Shown piece after piece: positions 38,940-49,400 of a DNA stretch of 54,709 nucleotides. The notes under the pieces were generated by a model. That model was not told the DNA's origin and ran no database searches. It saw only the letters and a program-made list of their open reading frames with translations. This DNA is from an uncultured Bacteroidales bacterium (GTDB taxonomy: Bacteria > Bacteroidota > Bacteroidia > Bacteroidales > JAAUTT01): contig CAYZNC010000002.1 of the NCBI GenBank assembly GCA_964478555.1, positions 1 to 54,709 of the forward strand, given 5' to 3'. Within the stretch, counting starts at the first letter, position 1. Every line of letters begins with the position of its first letter. Position numbers and translations under genes: made by a program.

Positions 38940-39980
38940 ATGAAGTCACATCAGATTACAATCAAAGATATCGCAAAAATTTTGGGAATTTCGGTTTCTA
39001 CCGTATCCCGTGCCTTGAAAAATCATCCGGATATTAGTGAGACTACAAAAAGCCAGGTGAACGAATTGGCCAAAAAATTGAAGTACGAACCCAATGCGCT
39101 TGCCTTAAACCTAAGGAGAAACAAGACCAATACCATTGGAGTGATTATTCCGGAGATTGTTCACCATTTCTTTTCTTCTGTTATTAGTGGAATAGAAGAT
39201 GTGGCTTATGATCAGGGCTACAACGTAGTGGTTTGTCAAAGCAATGAAAGCTACGAGCGTGAAGTGATCAATGCTCAGGCTTTGCTTTCCAACCGGGTAG
39301 ATGGAGTGTTAATTTCCGTATCAAAAACAACGTTGGATTTTAATCATTTCCGGAACTTTACAAATCAAGAAATACCTATCGTTTTTTTCGACCGCATATG
39401 TCCGGAAATTATGACCGACCGTGTGATAACCAATGATGAAGGCGGGGCATTTCTGGCTACAGAACACCTTATATCTATTGGTTGCAGGAAGATAGCTCAT
39501 TTTTCAGCTCCTCAAAATCTACTCATAGGACAGGGCAGGTTGGCGGGTTATCTGAGAGCTCTAAAACAATTTCAGATTCCTTACGATCCGAATCTTATTT
39601 TATACTGCGATTCCCGCGAAGCAGCCATTGAAAAAACAATCGACTTTATCAAAAGTAATGCTGAGGTGGATGGTATTTTTGCGGTTAACGACTCAACTGC
39701 CATTGCGGCCATGCAAATGATTCAAAAAATGGGAAAGAATGTCCCTGATGATATTGCTGTAGTTGGCTTTGGCGACGGCCCCATTACGTTAATTGTTAAC
39801 CCGCAACTTTCCACAGTGGAGCAAAAGGGCTATGAAATGGGTCTGGAAGCTATAAAGCTACTATTACATAAAATCGAAAATGAAACCGCTGTGGATAGTT
39901 TTCAAACCAAGGTGCTCACGCCTTTACTTATTGCCAGGGAATCGACAGACCGTTTGAAAAAAGGTTCCGCAAACGTTTGA
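38940..39980 (+). CDS. LacI-family transcriptional regulator
   Basis: 346-aa ORF. N-terminal HTH ITIKDIAKILGISVSTVSRALKN, followed by a periplasmic-binding-protein-like sugar-binding fold. Confidence 0.9.
   Translation: MKSHQITIKDIAKILGISVSTVSRALKNHPDISETTKSQVNELAKKLKYEPNALALNLRRNKTNTIGVIIPEIVHHFFSSVISGIEDVAYDQGYNVVVCQSNESYEREVINAQALLSNRVDGVLISVSKTTLDFNHFRNFTNQEIPIVFFDRICPEIMTDRVITNDEGGAFLATEHLISIGCRKIAHFSAPQNLLIGQGRLAGYLRALKQFQIPYDPNLILYCDSREAAIEKTIDFIKSNAEVDGIFAVNDSTAIAAMQMIQKMGKNVPDDIAVVGFGDGPITLIVNPQLSTVEQKGYEMGLEAIKLLLHKIENETAVDSFQTKVLTPLLIARESTDRLKKGSANV
39967..39980. promoter_or_regulatory. Perfect 10-bp palindrome CAAACGTTTG embedded in CCGCAAACGTTTGA (candidate LacI-family operator)
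   Basis: Read directly at 39970-39979, overlapping the last codons and stop of the regulator gene and upstream of the MFS operon. CCGCAAACG is the reverse complement of the CGTTTGCGG repeats at 38689-38709. Confidence 0.45.
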
Positions 39981-40309
39981 AATTTGATTTTCTGATAGTT
40001 ATATGAAACTTTTTGAATAAAACCTTTCTTTTTCCGGATATTGTTTTTATTTTTGTCGTGTAAATCTCATTTTTTTAGTAATACATCTTCACTTAAAGGC
40101 TAGGTTTGTTGAAACCAATAAATTTCAACAAAAATTTCTCATAGCTGGGCATTGTCATTTACCTTTAATATACGGAATGACAGCCATATGCCAGGATTAA
40201 TCATTGATATCATTAGAAAATATTAAGTTATGGCTCGGCAGAATATGTTTTTGTCGTTACAGTATTAAATATATTACAATAACCATTTAAGCAATTTAAA
40301 AAATAATCA

Positions 40310-41812
40310 ATGAGAACGCATCCTAAATTATCCTTTTGGCAAATTTGGAACATGAGTTTCGGCTTTTTCGGCATTCAGTTTGGGTTTGCACTACAAAACG
40401 CCAACGTAAGCCGGATTTTCGAAACCCTGGGAGCTAAGGTGGAAAATATCCCTATTTTATGGATTGCAGCACCATTAACAGGTTTGATTGTTCAACCCAT
40501 TATTGGACATATGAGCGATAAGACCTGGACGAAACTAGGACGACGCCGGCCGTATTTTCTAACTGGTGCAATTCTCGCTTCCATTGCTTTACTCTTTATG
40601 CCAAATTCACCCGCTTTATGGATAGCAGCAGGAATGCTTTGGATAATGGATGCGTCCATTAATATTTCTATGGAGCCATTTCGTGCATTTGTTGGCGATA
40701 TGTTACCTTCCGAACAGCGGACTGCAGGTTTTGCAATGCAGAGTTTTTTTATTGGAATAGGTGCATTTATAGCTTCCTGGCTACCTTATGTTTTTACCAA
40801 CTGGTTTCATATTGCTAATGTTGCACCTGAAGGCAAAATACCGCTTTCCGTTCAATATTCTTTTTACATCGGAGGTGGCGTTTTTCTTCTTTCAGTTCTT
40901 TGGACAATATTTTCTACCAGGGAATATCCTCCGGAGGATTTAGCTGAATTTGAAAAAACCAGAAGAGCTGAAAGAGATGAAAAGTCGGTAAAATCTGAAG
41001 ATCAAGAAGACATCATAAGCAGGGTATTTTTCAGGAAAGGTCTTATATGGGTATTGACTGGCCTCGTCTTAAGTTTAGCCTTTTATTTTACTTCCCTGGA
41101 GAAGGAGTTATATATCCTTTCTGTTGGACTGGTCATCTTCGGTTTGTTACAAGTTTTTGCCGGATATCTTAAGAATATTAATAATAGGAATGGATTGATA
41201 GATATTATGTCTGACTTGTACAACATGCCTCAAACTATGAAGCAATTAGCAGTTGTTCAGTTTTTTTCATGGTTTGCCTTGTTTGCAATGTGGATATATA
41301 CAACTACTGCTGTAACAAGCCATATTTACGGGACTACCGATGCTCACAGCGCCCTTTATAACGAAGGTGCCAATTGGGTTGGAGGTATGTTTGGTTATTA
41401 TAATCTTTTTGCAGCAGCATTTTCTTTTTTGCTACCGGTTTTGGCGAAATATACAAACCGGAAAACTACGCATGCCATTGCATTAGTGGCAGGGGGAATT
41501 GGACTAATATCATTTTACTTTATCAAAGACCCATTTTATCTCATATTTTCAATGATTGGTATTGGACTTGCATGGGCCAGCATACTTGCTATGCCTTATG
41601 CAATTCTTACAGGCGCCTTACCCCAAAAGAAGATGGGCGTTTACATGGGCATTTTTAATTTTTTTATTGTAATTCCACAGATTCTGGCCGCAAGTATTCT
41701 TGGTTTTTTCACGAAGATACTATTTAGCGGGCATGCAATCTATGCGATTATTCTCGGCGGTGCTTCAATGATAGTAGCTGCAGTAACTGTATTATTTGTA
41801 ACTGATAAATGA
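40310..41812 (+). CDS. MFS sugar transporter (GPH/SLC45-like, probable maltose/maltodextrin importer)
   Basis: 500-aa ORF with about 12 hydrophobic segments and the LGRRRPY motif after TM2, typical of sucrose/maltose-type GPH carriers. First gene of the maltose catabolic operon. Confidence 0.85.
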   Translation: MRTHPKLSFWQIWNMSFGFFGIQFGFALQNANVSRIFETLGAKVENIPILWIAAPLTGLIVQPIIGHMSDKTWTKLGRRRPYFLTGAILASIALLFMPNSPALWIAAGMLWIMDASINISMEPFRAFVGDMLPSEQRTAGFAMQSFFIGIGAFIASWLPYVFTNWFHIANVAPEGKIPLSVQYSFYIGGGVFLLSVLWTIFSTREYPPEDLAEFEKTRRAERDEKSVKSEDQEDIISRVFFRKGLIWVLTGLVLSLAFYFTSLEKELYILSVGLVIFGLLQVFAGYLKNINNRNGLIDIMSDLYNMPQTMKQLAVVQFFSWFALFAMWIYTTTAVTSHIYGTTDAHSALYNEGANWVGGMFGYYNLFAAAFSFLLPVLAKYTNRKTTHAIALVAGGIGLISFYFIKDPFYLIFSMIGIGLAWASILAMPYAILTGALPQKKMGVYMGIFNFFIVIPQILAASILGFFTKILFSGHAIYAIILGGASMIVAAVTVLFVTDK

Positions 41813-41821
41813 ATTATAAAA

Positions 41822-42520
41822 ATGGATATTAAAGCTTGCATATTTGATTTGGATGGAGTGGTTGTGGATACTGCAAAATACCATTTTATTGCTTGGCAGA
41901 AAATTGCAAATGAATTTGGCATTGATTTCACCGAAAAAAATAATGAACAATTAAAAGGAGTTTCCCGGATGTGTTCACTCGAACTACTCCTTTCACTGGG
42001 AGGAATAACGCTCCATGATAATGAAAAAGAGCAATTGGCCGACAAGAAAAATAAGATTTACCGGGAATACATATTAAAGTTAACACCTGACGAAATTCTT
42101 CCTGGCGTATTGGCATTTATTGAGGAATTGAGAAGTAAGGGTATTAAAACAGCTATTGGCTCCGCAAGTAAAAATACCATGACTATTCTTAACCAATTGC
42201 AAATAACTCACTTATTTGATGCAATAATGGATGGAGTGAAAGTAACAAAAGCCAAACCCGATCCTGAAATATTCCTTAAATGTGCTGAAGAACTTAACAT
42301 TCCTCCTGTCAATTGTATCGTGTTTGAAGATGCAGAAGCCGGAACCGAGGCTGCTTTGGCGGCTGGAATGAAATGTGTTGGAATAGGAAGCCAGGAAACT
42401 CTTTGGAGAGCTAATATTGTGATCGATGGGTTTAAAGATTTTACATTGGATGAACTGAAAAAAAAGATTAATTGTGCACTTTTTTTCTCATTTGATAAAT
42501 TAAGACATGATTCAAAGTAA
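41822..42520 (+). CDS. pgmB: Beta-phosphoglucomutase (HAD superfamily)
   Basis: 232-aa ORF. HAD motif I FDLDGVVVDT, then GVSR, SASKN and FEDAEAGTEAALAAGM. Adjacent to GH65. Confidence 0.88.
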   Translation: MDIKACIFDLDGVVVDTAKYHFIAWQKIANEFGIDFTEKNNEQLKGVSRMCSLELLLSLGGITLHDNEKEQLADKKNKIYREYILKLTPDEILPGVLAFIEELRSKGIKTAIGSASKNTMTILNQLQITHLFDAIMDGVKVTKAKPDPEIFLKCAEELNIPPVNCIVFEDAEAGTEAALAAGMKCVGIGSQETLWRANIVIDGFKDFTLDELKKKINCALFFSFDKLRHDSK

Positions 42521-42582
42521 AAGAATCTGCGCTATTAAGAAAATTCATTAATTAAAAATTTTCTGATGAAAGAAGATACTTT

Positions 42583-44901
42583 ATGAACAATTATTATAAA
42601 AGCGACGAGTGGTGTATTATTGAGGAGGGTTTTGATCCCAAACGACACAAGGCTTCTGAAAGTATTTTCAGTCTCGGGAACGGTCACATGGGGCAACGTG
42701 CTAATTTTGAAGAACGATACACCGGTAAAACGTTGCAAGGTAGTTATTTAGCTGGTATTTATTACCCCGATAAAACCCGTGTTGGCTGGTGGAAAAACGG
42801 ATATCCTGAGTATTTTGCCAAAGTTCTGAATTCACCGAATTGGATTGGAATTGAGGTAGTGGTAAACAATGAGCAATTAGATCTTGCCAAGTGCAAAATA
42901 GAGAATTTCCAGCGTATATTAAATATGAAGGAAGGATATTTGCAACGAAGTTTTACTGCTGTTATGCCCGATGGTAATAAAGTTAAAGTGGAGGTAACAA
43001 GGTTTCTGAGTATGGCAGATCCGGAAACAGGAGCAATCAAATATAAAATAACTCCATTGCAAAATTGCGAAATCCAGTTAACACCGTACCTCGATGGTAA
43101 TGTGAAAAACGAAGATGCCAATTATAATGAGAAATTCTGGGACATACTTACCAGTAATTCGAGTGAAGGTGGGGGGTATTTGCTATGTAAAACCCGAAAG
43201 CTTGATTTTACTGTCAGCTTCAACATGAAGTATAATGTTGAACTTAGCGGGGCACCTTATCACGCTACCCCAACTCTTATTGAAAGTCCTGTGTATACCG
43301 GTAATGTAATAAAGGCAAATGTAGCACAAGGTGAAACCATAGTCATTTACAAATATGTTACGGTGTTATCCTCCTTGAATTATCCGGCAGAGCAATTGAC
43401 TGACCTTACCCTCAAACAAAATAATCTGGCTTTTGAAAAGGGTTTCGAGGCACTTTTTCAGGCTCATAAATTGAAATGGGCAGATATATGGCTTCTTAGC
43501 GATATTCAAATCAAAGGGGATATTGAAGCACAACAGGGTATCAGGTTTAATATTTTTCAGTTAAATCAAACATACACGGGCGAAGATGAACGTTTGAACA
43601 TTGGCCCAAAAGGTTTCACCGGTGAAAAATATGGTGGAAGCACCTATTGGGATACGGAGGCATATTGTATTCCTTTTTTTCTTGCAACTGCTCCGGCAAA
43701 GGTTACAAAAAATTTATTGAAATACCGGTTTAAACATCTTCCGCGGGCTATTGAAAATGCAAAGAAGATGGGATTTAAAGATGGTGCAGCGCTTTATCCT
43801 ATGGTAACCATGAATGGTGAAGAGTGTCACAACGAATGGGAAATCACATTTGAAGAGATTCATCGAAACGGAGCAATTGCTTTTGCCATTTACAATTACA
43901 TCCGGCATACCGGCGACGACCAATATCTCGTGGATTATGGTCTCGAAGTGTTAATAGGCATTGCAAGATTTTGGACTCAGCGCGTAAATTATTCCGAAGT
44001 CAAGAACAAATACGTTCTGCTTGGAGTTACCGGTCCCAACGAATATGAAAACAACGTAAACAATAACTGGTACACCAATGTAATGGCTAAGTGGTGCCTT
44101 GAGTATGCCACCAAAGCCATACAAAAGGTTAAAACGATAGATCCATTGAAATACCAGACTATTCTGGAAAAAACAACCTTTAAAGAGGACGTGGAATTGA
44201 CCAATTGGGAACATATTGCCAGGGAACTATATTTTCCTTATGAAAGCGACCTTCAGGTGTACCTGCAACAGGAAGGCTATATGGATAAGGAACAAATGCT
44301 GGTTAAAGATTTGGATCCAAATCAAAAGCCTATCAATCAGCATTGGTCATGGGATAGGATTTTGCGATCGTGCTTTATCAAACAGGCAGATGTATTGCAG
44401 GGGATTTATCTTTTTGAAGAAAACTATGACCTTGAAACTATTTGCCGCCATTTTGATTTCTACGAGCCACGAACAGTACATGAATCATCACTTTCTCCTT
44501 GTGTTCATTCAATTTTAGCTGCACGTTGTGGGAAGATTGATAAAGCCTATGAATTTTATTTACGGACCTCGCGCCTGGATCTGGATGATTACAATCACGA
44601 AGTTCAGGAAGGCTTACATATTACAAGCATGGCAGGCACATGGATGTCAATTGTAGAGGGTTTTGGGGGGAAACGTATCAAAGACGGGAAGCTCCATTTT
44701 TATCCTATGCTGCCCGATCATTGGGACGAATATTCCTTTAAAGTAATTTTCAGAGGCATTGATTTATTGATCACGGTTAATAAGCAATCTGTAATTTTGG
44801 TTGCTAAGGGTTCACTGACCGTTAATATTTACGGAGATGATATTGAACTTGAAGCCGATAAGCCTCAACAAATACAAACAAGGAATAAACGGCAAAGTTA
44901 G
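42583..44901 (+). CDS. GH65 maltose (alpha-glucoside) phosphorylase
   Basis: 772-aa ORF. WCIIEEGFDP N-terminus and the catalytic-region string GVTGPNEYENNVNNNWYTN are typical of GH65. Confidence 0.9.
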   Translation: MNNYYKSDEWCIIEEGFDPKRHKASESIFSLGNGHMGQRANFEERYTGKTLQGSYLAGIYYPDKTRVGWWKNGYPEYFAKVLNSPNWIGIEVVVNNEQLDLAKCKIENFQRILNMKEGYLQRSFTAVMPDGNKVKVEVTRFLSMADPETGAIKYKITPLQNCEIQLTPYLDGNVKNEDANYNEKFWDILTSNSSEGGGYLLCKTRKLDFTVSFNMKYNVELSGAPYHATPTLIESPVYTGNVIKANVAQGETIVIYKYVTVLSSLNYPAEQLTDLTLKQNNLAFEKGFEALFQAHKLKWADIWLLSDIQIKGDIEAQQGIRFNIFQLNQTYTGEDERLNIGPKGFTGEKYGGSTYWDTEAYCIPFFLATAPAKVTKNLLKYRFKHLPRAIENAKKMGFKDGAALYPMVTMNGEECHNEWEITFEEIHRNGAIAFAIYNYIRHTGDDQYLVDYGLEVLIGIARFWTQRVNYSEVKNKYVLLGVTGPNEYENNVNNNWYTNVMAKWCLEYATKAIQKVKTIDPLKYQTILEKTTFKEDVELTNWEHIARELYFPYESDLQVYLQQEGYMDKEQMLVKDLDPNQKPINQHWSWDRILRSCFIKQADVLQGIYLFEENYDLETICRHFDFYEPRTVHESSLSPCVHSILAARCGKIDKAYEFYLRTSRLDLDDYNHEVQEGLHITSMAGTWMSIVEGFGGKRIKDGKLHFYPMLPDHWDEYSFKVIFRGIDLLITVNKQSVILVAKGSLTVNIYGDDIELEADKPQQIQTRNKRQS

Positions 44902-44929
44902 TCATTACGCTACGCCATCATTAAAGGTG

Positions 44930-44968
44930 ATTAGCTTTTCGTGCGTCATTAGCTTCGCTGCGTCATTT
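44930..44968. repeat. 17-18 bp tandem repeat (about 2.2 copies)
   Basis: ATTAGCTTTTCGTGCGTC (44930-44947), ATTAGCTTCGCTGCGTC (44948-44964), then ATTT. Lies in the GH65/GH13 intergenic gap. Confidence 0.8.
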
Positions 44969-44985
44969 AATATAAAATATAAAAT

Positions 44986-46848
44986 ATGAAAGATAGGTTG
45001 TTTATATTTGTTTTAATTATTTTTTCATGCTTTACCATGAATGCAGCTCCCGGTAAAATAAGTCTTAAACGTGTGGAACCACCCAACTGGTGGATAGGAA
45101 TGAAAAATCCAAATCTCCAGCTTTTGGTTTATGGGAACAACATCGGTCAGACAGAAGTCAGACTGAGCATTCCCGGTATTGAATTTACAGGAACTACAAA
45201 GGTTGAAAGTCCGAATTATCTTTTTATTAACATGGTTATTACCCATCAGGCACTTGCGGGTACTTACCCCATTGAGTTTGTTAAGGATAATAGTGTAGTT
45301 GTTAAATATGATTTCAAACTTCTGATGCGGGAAAAGAATTCTGAACTCAGGCAAGGATTTAATTCTTCTGACGTCATTTACCTTTTAATACCCGATAGGT
45401 TTTCCGATGGCAATCCTTCCATCGATTCAGTTGCGGGCATGTACGAAGGAGCTCATCGTTCGTATCTCAACGGACGCCACGGAGGCGATATTCAGGGCAT
45501 TATAAATCATTTGGATTATCTGCAGGATTTAGGAGTAACGGCTTTGTGGAGCACTCCACTTCTTGAAGATAACATGGAAAGATATTCCTATCATACTTAT
45601 GCCATCACTGATTATTATCGCATCGATCCGCGTTACGGCAGTAATTCTGACTACCTCCGGCTTTCAAATGAGTTACACCAGCGCAAAATGAAGTTGATTA
45701 TGGACGTAGTCACCAATCATTGTGGATCCAAACATTGGTGGATGAATGACTTGCCCACTCATGACTGGATTCATCAATTTCTGGAATTCACGCGTACCAA
45801 TTACCAGGTATCGACTTTGTACGATCCCTATGCTTCCGAATATGACAGAAAACTTAATCTGGATGGCTGGTTCGATAAAACAATGCCCGATTTAAATCTG
45901 AGCAATCCTCTCCTTGCTACTTATCTGGTCCAAAATACAATTTGGTGGATTGAATATGCTAATCTTGACGGCCTGCGGGTTGATACTTATCCTTACAACG
46001 ATCCTTTCAAAATGGCAGCATGGACACAAGCTATACTCATCGAATATCCAAATATCAATATTGTTGGAGAATGTTGGGTTCATACCACTCAGGAACTTGC
46101 ATACTGGCAAGCAGGCACAAAAAATTTCGACGGATATGTTTCTACATTACCTACCGTTATGGATTTTGCTTTGCATGATGTATTTTCTTCGGCTATGAAT
46201 GAGGATGATACCTGGGCTACTGGTCTTAGAAGGTTTTATATGCATTTCACACTCGATTTTGCATTCAGCAATCCTCAGAATTTATTAATATTGACCGAAA
46301 ATCATGATACACAAAGATTTAATAAAATAATAAATAACGATATCAGGAAATACAAAATTGCATACACCATTTTGTTTACGGTAAGAGGTATTCCTCAATT
46401 TTATTATGGTTCGGAGATTTTGATGACAGGCGATAAAGAAAAGGGCGATGGCGACATAAGACGCGATTTTCCCGGCGGATGGTCAAAGGACAAAAGTAAT
46501 GCATTCATTGCAAGTGGACGTACGGAGCAGGAAAATGAAGCCTTTAATTTTATCAAAAAACTCATGAACTGGCGGAAAGTGAATCCTGTTATTCATTCAG
46601 GTAAAACAATGCAGTTTGTTTCGGAAAACAATTGTTATGTTTATTTTCGTTATAACACCGAAAAGACCGTCATGGTGATCATTAACAGTCATGATACCGA
46701 ATCCAGAAAACTTGACACAAAAAGATTTGCGGAAAGAATGCGGGGTTTTACTTCCGGATATGATATTATTTCCGGGAAAACTATTCCCGATTTATCAACT
46801 ATTGAAATACCAGCTAAATCTTCGATGATTATCGAATTGAAACCATAA
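44986..46848 (+). CDS. GH13 cyclomaltodextrinase/neopullulanase-type alpha-amylase (SusA-like, periplasmic)
   Basis: 620-aa ORF with signal peptide. Cyc-maltodext_N-like VEPPNWWIGMKNPNLQLLVYG. GH13 regions DVVTNH, DGLRVDTYPY, VGECW, LTENHDTQR. Confidence 0.88.
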   Translation: MKDRLFIFVLIIFSCFTMNAAPGKISLKRVEPPNWWIGMKNPNLQLLVYGNNIGQTEVRLSIPGIEFTGTTKVESPNYLFINMVITHQALAGTYPIEFVKDNSVVVKYDFKLLMREKNSELRQGFNSSDVIYLLIPDRFSDGNPSIDSVAGMYEGAHRSYLNGRHGGDIQGIINHLDYLQDLGVTALWSTPLLEDNMERYSYHTYAITDYYRIDPRYGSNSDYLRLSNELHQRKMKLIMDVVTNHCGSKHWWMNDLPTHDWIHQFLEFTRTNYQVSTLYDPYASEYDRKLNLDGWFDKTMPDLNLSNPLLATYLVQNTIWWIEYANLDGLRVDTYPYNDPFKMAAWTQAILIEYPNINIVGECWVHTTQELAYWQAGTKNFDGYVSTLPTVMDFALHDVFSSAMNEDDTWATGLRRFYMHFTLDFAFSNPQNLLILTENHDTQRFNKIINNDIRKYKIAYTILFTVRGIPQFYYGSEILMTGDKEKGDGDIRRDFPGGWSKDKSNAFIASGRTEQENEAFNFIKKLMNWRKVNPVIHSGKTMQFVSENNCYVYFRYNTEKTVMVIINSHDTESRKLDTKRFAERMRGFTSGYDIISGKTIPDLSTIEIPAKSSMIIELKP

Positions 46849-46894
46849 AATATTTTAGTACAGAACTATAGTCCTGTAAGGGCGATTTATTTCA

Positions 46895-46915
46895 GCCCCG
46901 GGCAACGCCCCGGGC
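46895..46915. repeat. GC-rich palindromic element GCCCCGGGCAACGCCCCGGGC
   Basis: Two copies of GCCCCGGGC separated by AAC. The arms can pair with a single mismatch. It is a strong GC island in an AT-rich gap between GH13 and GH31. Confidence 0.85.
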
Positions 46916-46933
46916 AAATAAAAACAATAACAT

Positions 46934-49387
46934 ATGAACAAATCATTAATCCTAATTGCCTTGTTATCCATTGTTGGCATACACTTGTATGCACAAGTAC
47001 CCCTCAATAGCGCTTTGGGTAATTTTAAAAACCTGGAAAAAAACAACCAGGAATTTACCTTTTTAACAGATAATGGCAAGGCAAAAGTAATCATCTATTC
47101 ACCCGACATTGTTCGGATTAGGATTGAAAAAGATAGTTTTTCCAAAACATTCAGCTATGCTGTAGTGGTCGTTCCTGCCAAATGCAATTCTCAAATAACA
47201 GAGACAAGTGATAAATTTATCATTGAAACTGATTCCCTAACTTTGTGGGTTCAAAAAAATCCTGTCCGATTTTCGTTTTATAACAAAAAGGGTATATTGA
47301 TCAATAGCGATGATGCCTCATTTGGTACATCCTGGCTCGATGGTGATGTGGCTACTTATAAAACGCTTCAAAATGGAGAACGCTTTGTTGGCCTTGGCGA
47401 ACAAACCGGTAACCTCGATCGCAGGGGAGAGTCATTTGTTAATTATAATACTGACAATCCTCATTACGACAATAACAGCAAGAGTTTATATTCATCCCTT
47501 CCTTTCTATATTGGCTTGCATCAAAATCTTTGTTATGGAATATTTCTGGATAATTCCTCCAGAACTACTTTTAGCTTTGGTGCCGGAAATAACCGTTTTG
47601 CTTCATTTACAGCCGAATGCGGGGAAATGGATTATTATTTCATCTACCATTCGAATATTCGTAAAATTATTGAATCGTATACGTGGCTTACAGGTCGAAT
47701 GCCCATGCCACCAAAATGGTCGCTGGGGTACCAACAGTGCCGCTACAGCTATTTTCCGGCTGAGGACGTTCTTTCTACGGCGCAAAAGTTCAGAGAGCGT
47801 AATATCCCAGCGGATATGATTTATCTGGATATTCATTACATGAACCAATACCGGTTGTATACCTGGGATAAGGAACGTTTTCCCAATCCTCCGCAATTAA
47901 TAGATCAGCTTAAGAAGCTATCGTTTCATACGGCGGTGATTATCGACCCCGGTGTAAAAGTGGATGATAAATATGAGGTTTATAAGGATGGCCTTAAGTC
48001 GGACATTTTTGTAAAATACCCGGATGGCACTAATTATCAGGGCAAGGTTTGGCCGGGATGGTGTAATTTTCCCGACTTTACAATGCCAAAGGCAAGGGAC
48101 TGGTGGGGTAAGTGGGTTAAGACCTACGCTGATATCGGTATTACAGGATTTTGGAACGATATGAATGAAATTGCTGCCTGGGGACAAGATGTCCCAAAAT
48201 TATTAGAGTTCAATTGGGAAGGTTCAAAAACGTCTTACAAAGAAGCCAAGAATGTATATGGAATGCTTATGGCCCGCAGCTCCTATGAAGGAGCACGTAA
48301 ATTTATGAATGGACAACGCCCCTTCGTTCTTACACGCGCGGGTTATTCGGGTTTACAGCGTTACACTGCCATCTGGACCGGCGATAATCAATCCAATGAT
48401 GACCATATGTTACTTGGCGTTCGTCTTTTGAATAGTATGGGATTGAGTGGAATAAGTTTTGCGGGTATGGACATCGGTGGCTTTGGTGGGAACCCCACAC
48501 AAAATCTGTATACAAGATGGATGGAAATCGGCGCTTTCTGCCCCATGTTCCGCGGACATACTGCTATTTACACAAACCACACGGAACCATGGTCCTTTGG
48601 CGAAATCTCCGAAGATATTGTTCGCAGGTACATAGGCTTCCGGTATCAGTTAATGCCTTACCTGTATTCATGTTTTTACGAATCATCACAAAGCGGAATG
48701 CCGGTGATGAGGTCTTTATCCATCGATTATGCCTTGGATACTTTGATTTATGATCAAAAATATCAGCAACAATATTTCTTTGGCCCCGCAATTATGGTGG
48801 CACCTGTAAAAAGTACAGAAGAACTGGCTGAAGTTTATCTGCCGGCTGGAAAATGGTTCGATCTTTTCACAGATAAGGTTTTTGATGGCAATCAACCTGT
48901 TCTTACAACCTCCCCTGTCAGCAAATTGCCTTTATTCGTTAAAGCAGGAAGTATTATTCCCATGCAAAAGTTAGTGACTTCCACAGCCGATGATCCTGGC
49001 GATACACTGTTTGTTCATATTTATAGAGGATATGATAAAAACCGGTTTATATATTACGAAGATGATGGTCAAACTTATGGCTATTCCGAAGGAAACTTTA
49101 ATAAGCGATCAATATCGTACGATGCCATTAACAGGAATATTATATTTGATAAAAAAGAAGGCTCTTTTCCTTCGAAATTTAAAAACATTGCAATTATTTT
49201 CCACGGATTTAATTCCACTGACCTGAAAAAACTTAATTTAAACAAAAGCCCGCATGCTGTAAGCCAAGGAAAACAAAGGTTCTTTACAAGCTATTTTAAA
49301 TTTGCAGATTATGGACCGGATGATACCAAAGAAATCATGAAATTATCGTTTGCCAATAGTGATGATAAGATATTAATTAATTGGTAA
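46934..49387 (+). CDS. GH31 alpha-glucosidase
   Basis: 817-aa ORF with signal peptide. GH31 signatures GFWNDMNEIA and FAGMDIGGF. Confidence 0.9.
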   Translation: MNKSLILIALLSIVGIHLYAQVPLNSALGNFKNLEKNNQEFTFLTDNGKAKVIIYSPDIVRIRIEKDSFSKTFSYAVVVVPAKCNSQITETSDKFIIETDSLTLWVQKNPVRFSFYNKKGILINSDDASFGTSWLDGDVATYKTLQNGERFVGLGEQTGNLDRRGESFVNYNTDNPHYDNNSKSLYSSLPFYIGLHQNLCYGIFLDNSSRTTFSFGAGNNRFASFTAECGEMDYYFIYHSNIRKIIESYTWLTGRMPMPPKWSLGYQQCRYSYFPAEDVLSTAQKFRERNIPADMIYLDIHYMNQYRLYTWDKERFPNPPQLIDQLKKLSFHTAVIIDPGVKVDDKYEVYKDGLKSDIFVKYPDGTNYQGKVWPGWCNFPDFTMPKARDWWGKWVKTYADIGITGFWNDMNEIAAWGQDVPKLLEFNWEGSKTSYKEAKNVYGMLMARSSYEGARKFMNGQRPFVLTRAGYSGLQRYTAIWTGDNQSNDDHMLLGVRLLNSMGLSGISFAGMDIGGFGGNPTQNLYTRWMEIGAFCPMFRGHTAIYTNHTEPWSFGEISEDIVRRYIGFRYQLMPYLYSCFYESSQSGMPVMRSLSIDYALDTLIYDQKYQQQYFFGPAIMVAPVKSTEELAEVYLPAGKWFDLFTDKVFDGNQPVLTTSPVSKLPLFVKAGSIIPMQKLVTSTADDPGDTLFVHIYRGYDKNRFIYYEDDGQTYGYSEGNFNKRSISYDAINRNIIFDKKEGSFPSKFKNIAIIFHGFNSTDLKKLNLNKSPHAVSQGKQRFFTSYFKFADYGPDDTKEIMKLSFANSDDKILINW

Positions 49388-49400
49388 ATTCTATTGAAGG

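Noticed and set aside
41740-42045. 101-aa minus-strand ORF spanning the MFS/pgmB junction
   Set aside because: It is antisense to two well-supported genes and has a Ser-rich low-complexity translation.
47310-47819. 169-aa alternative-frame ORF within the GH31 gene
   Set aside because: It is on the same strand but out of frame with a CDS that carries clear GH31 signatures. It has no recognisable motif and no independent start context.
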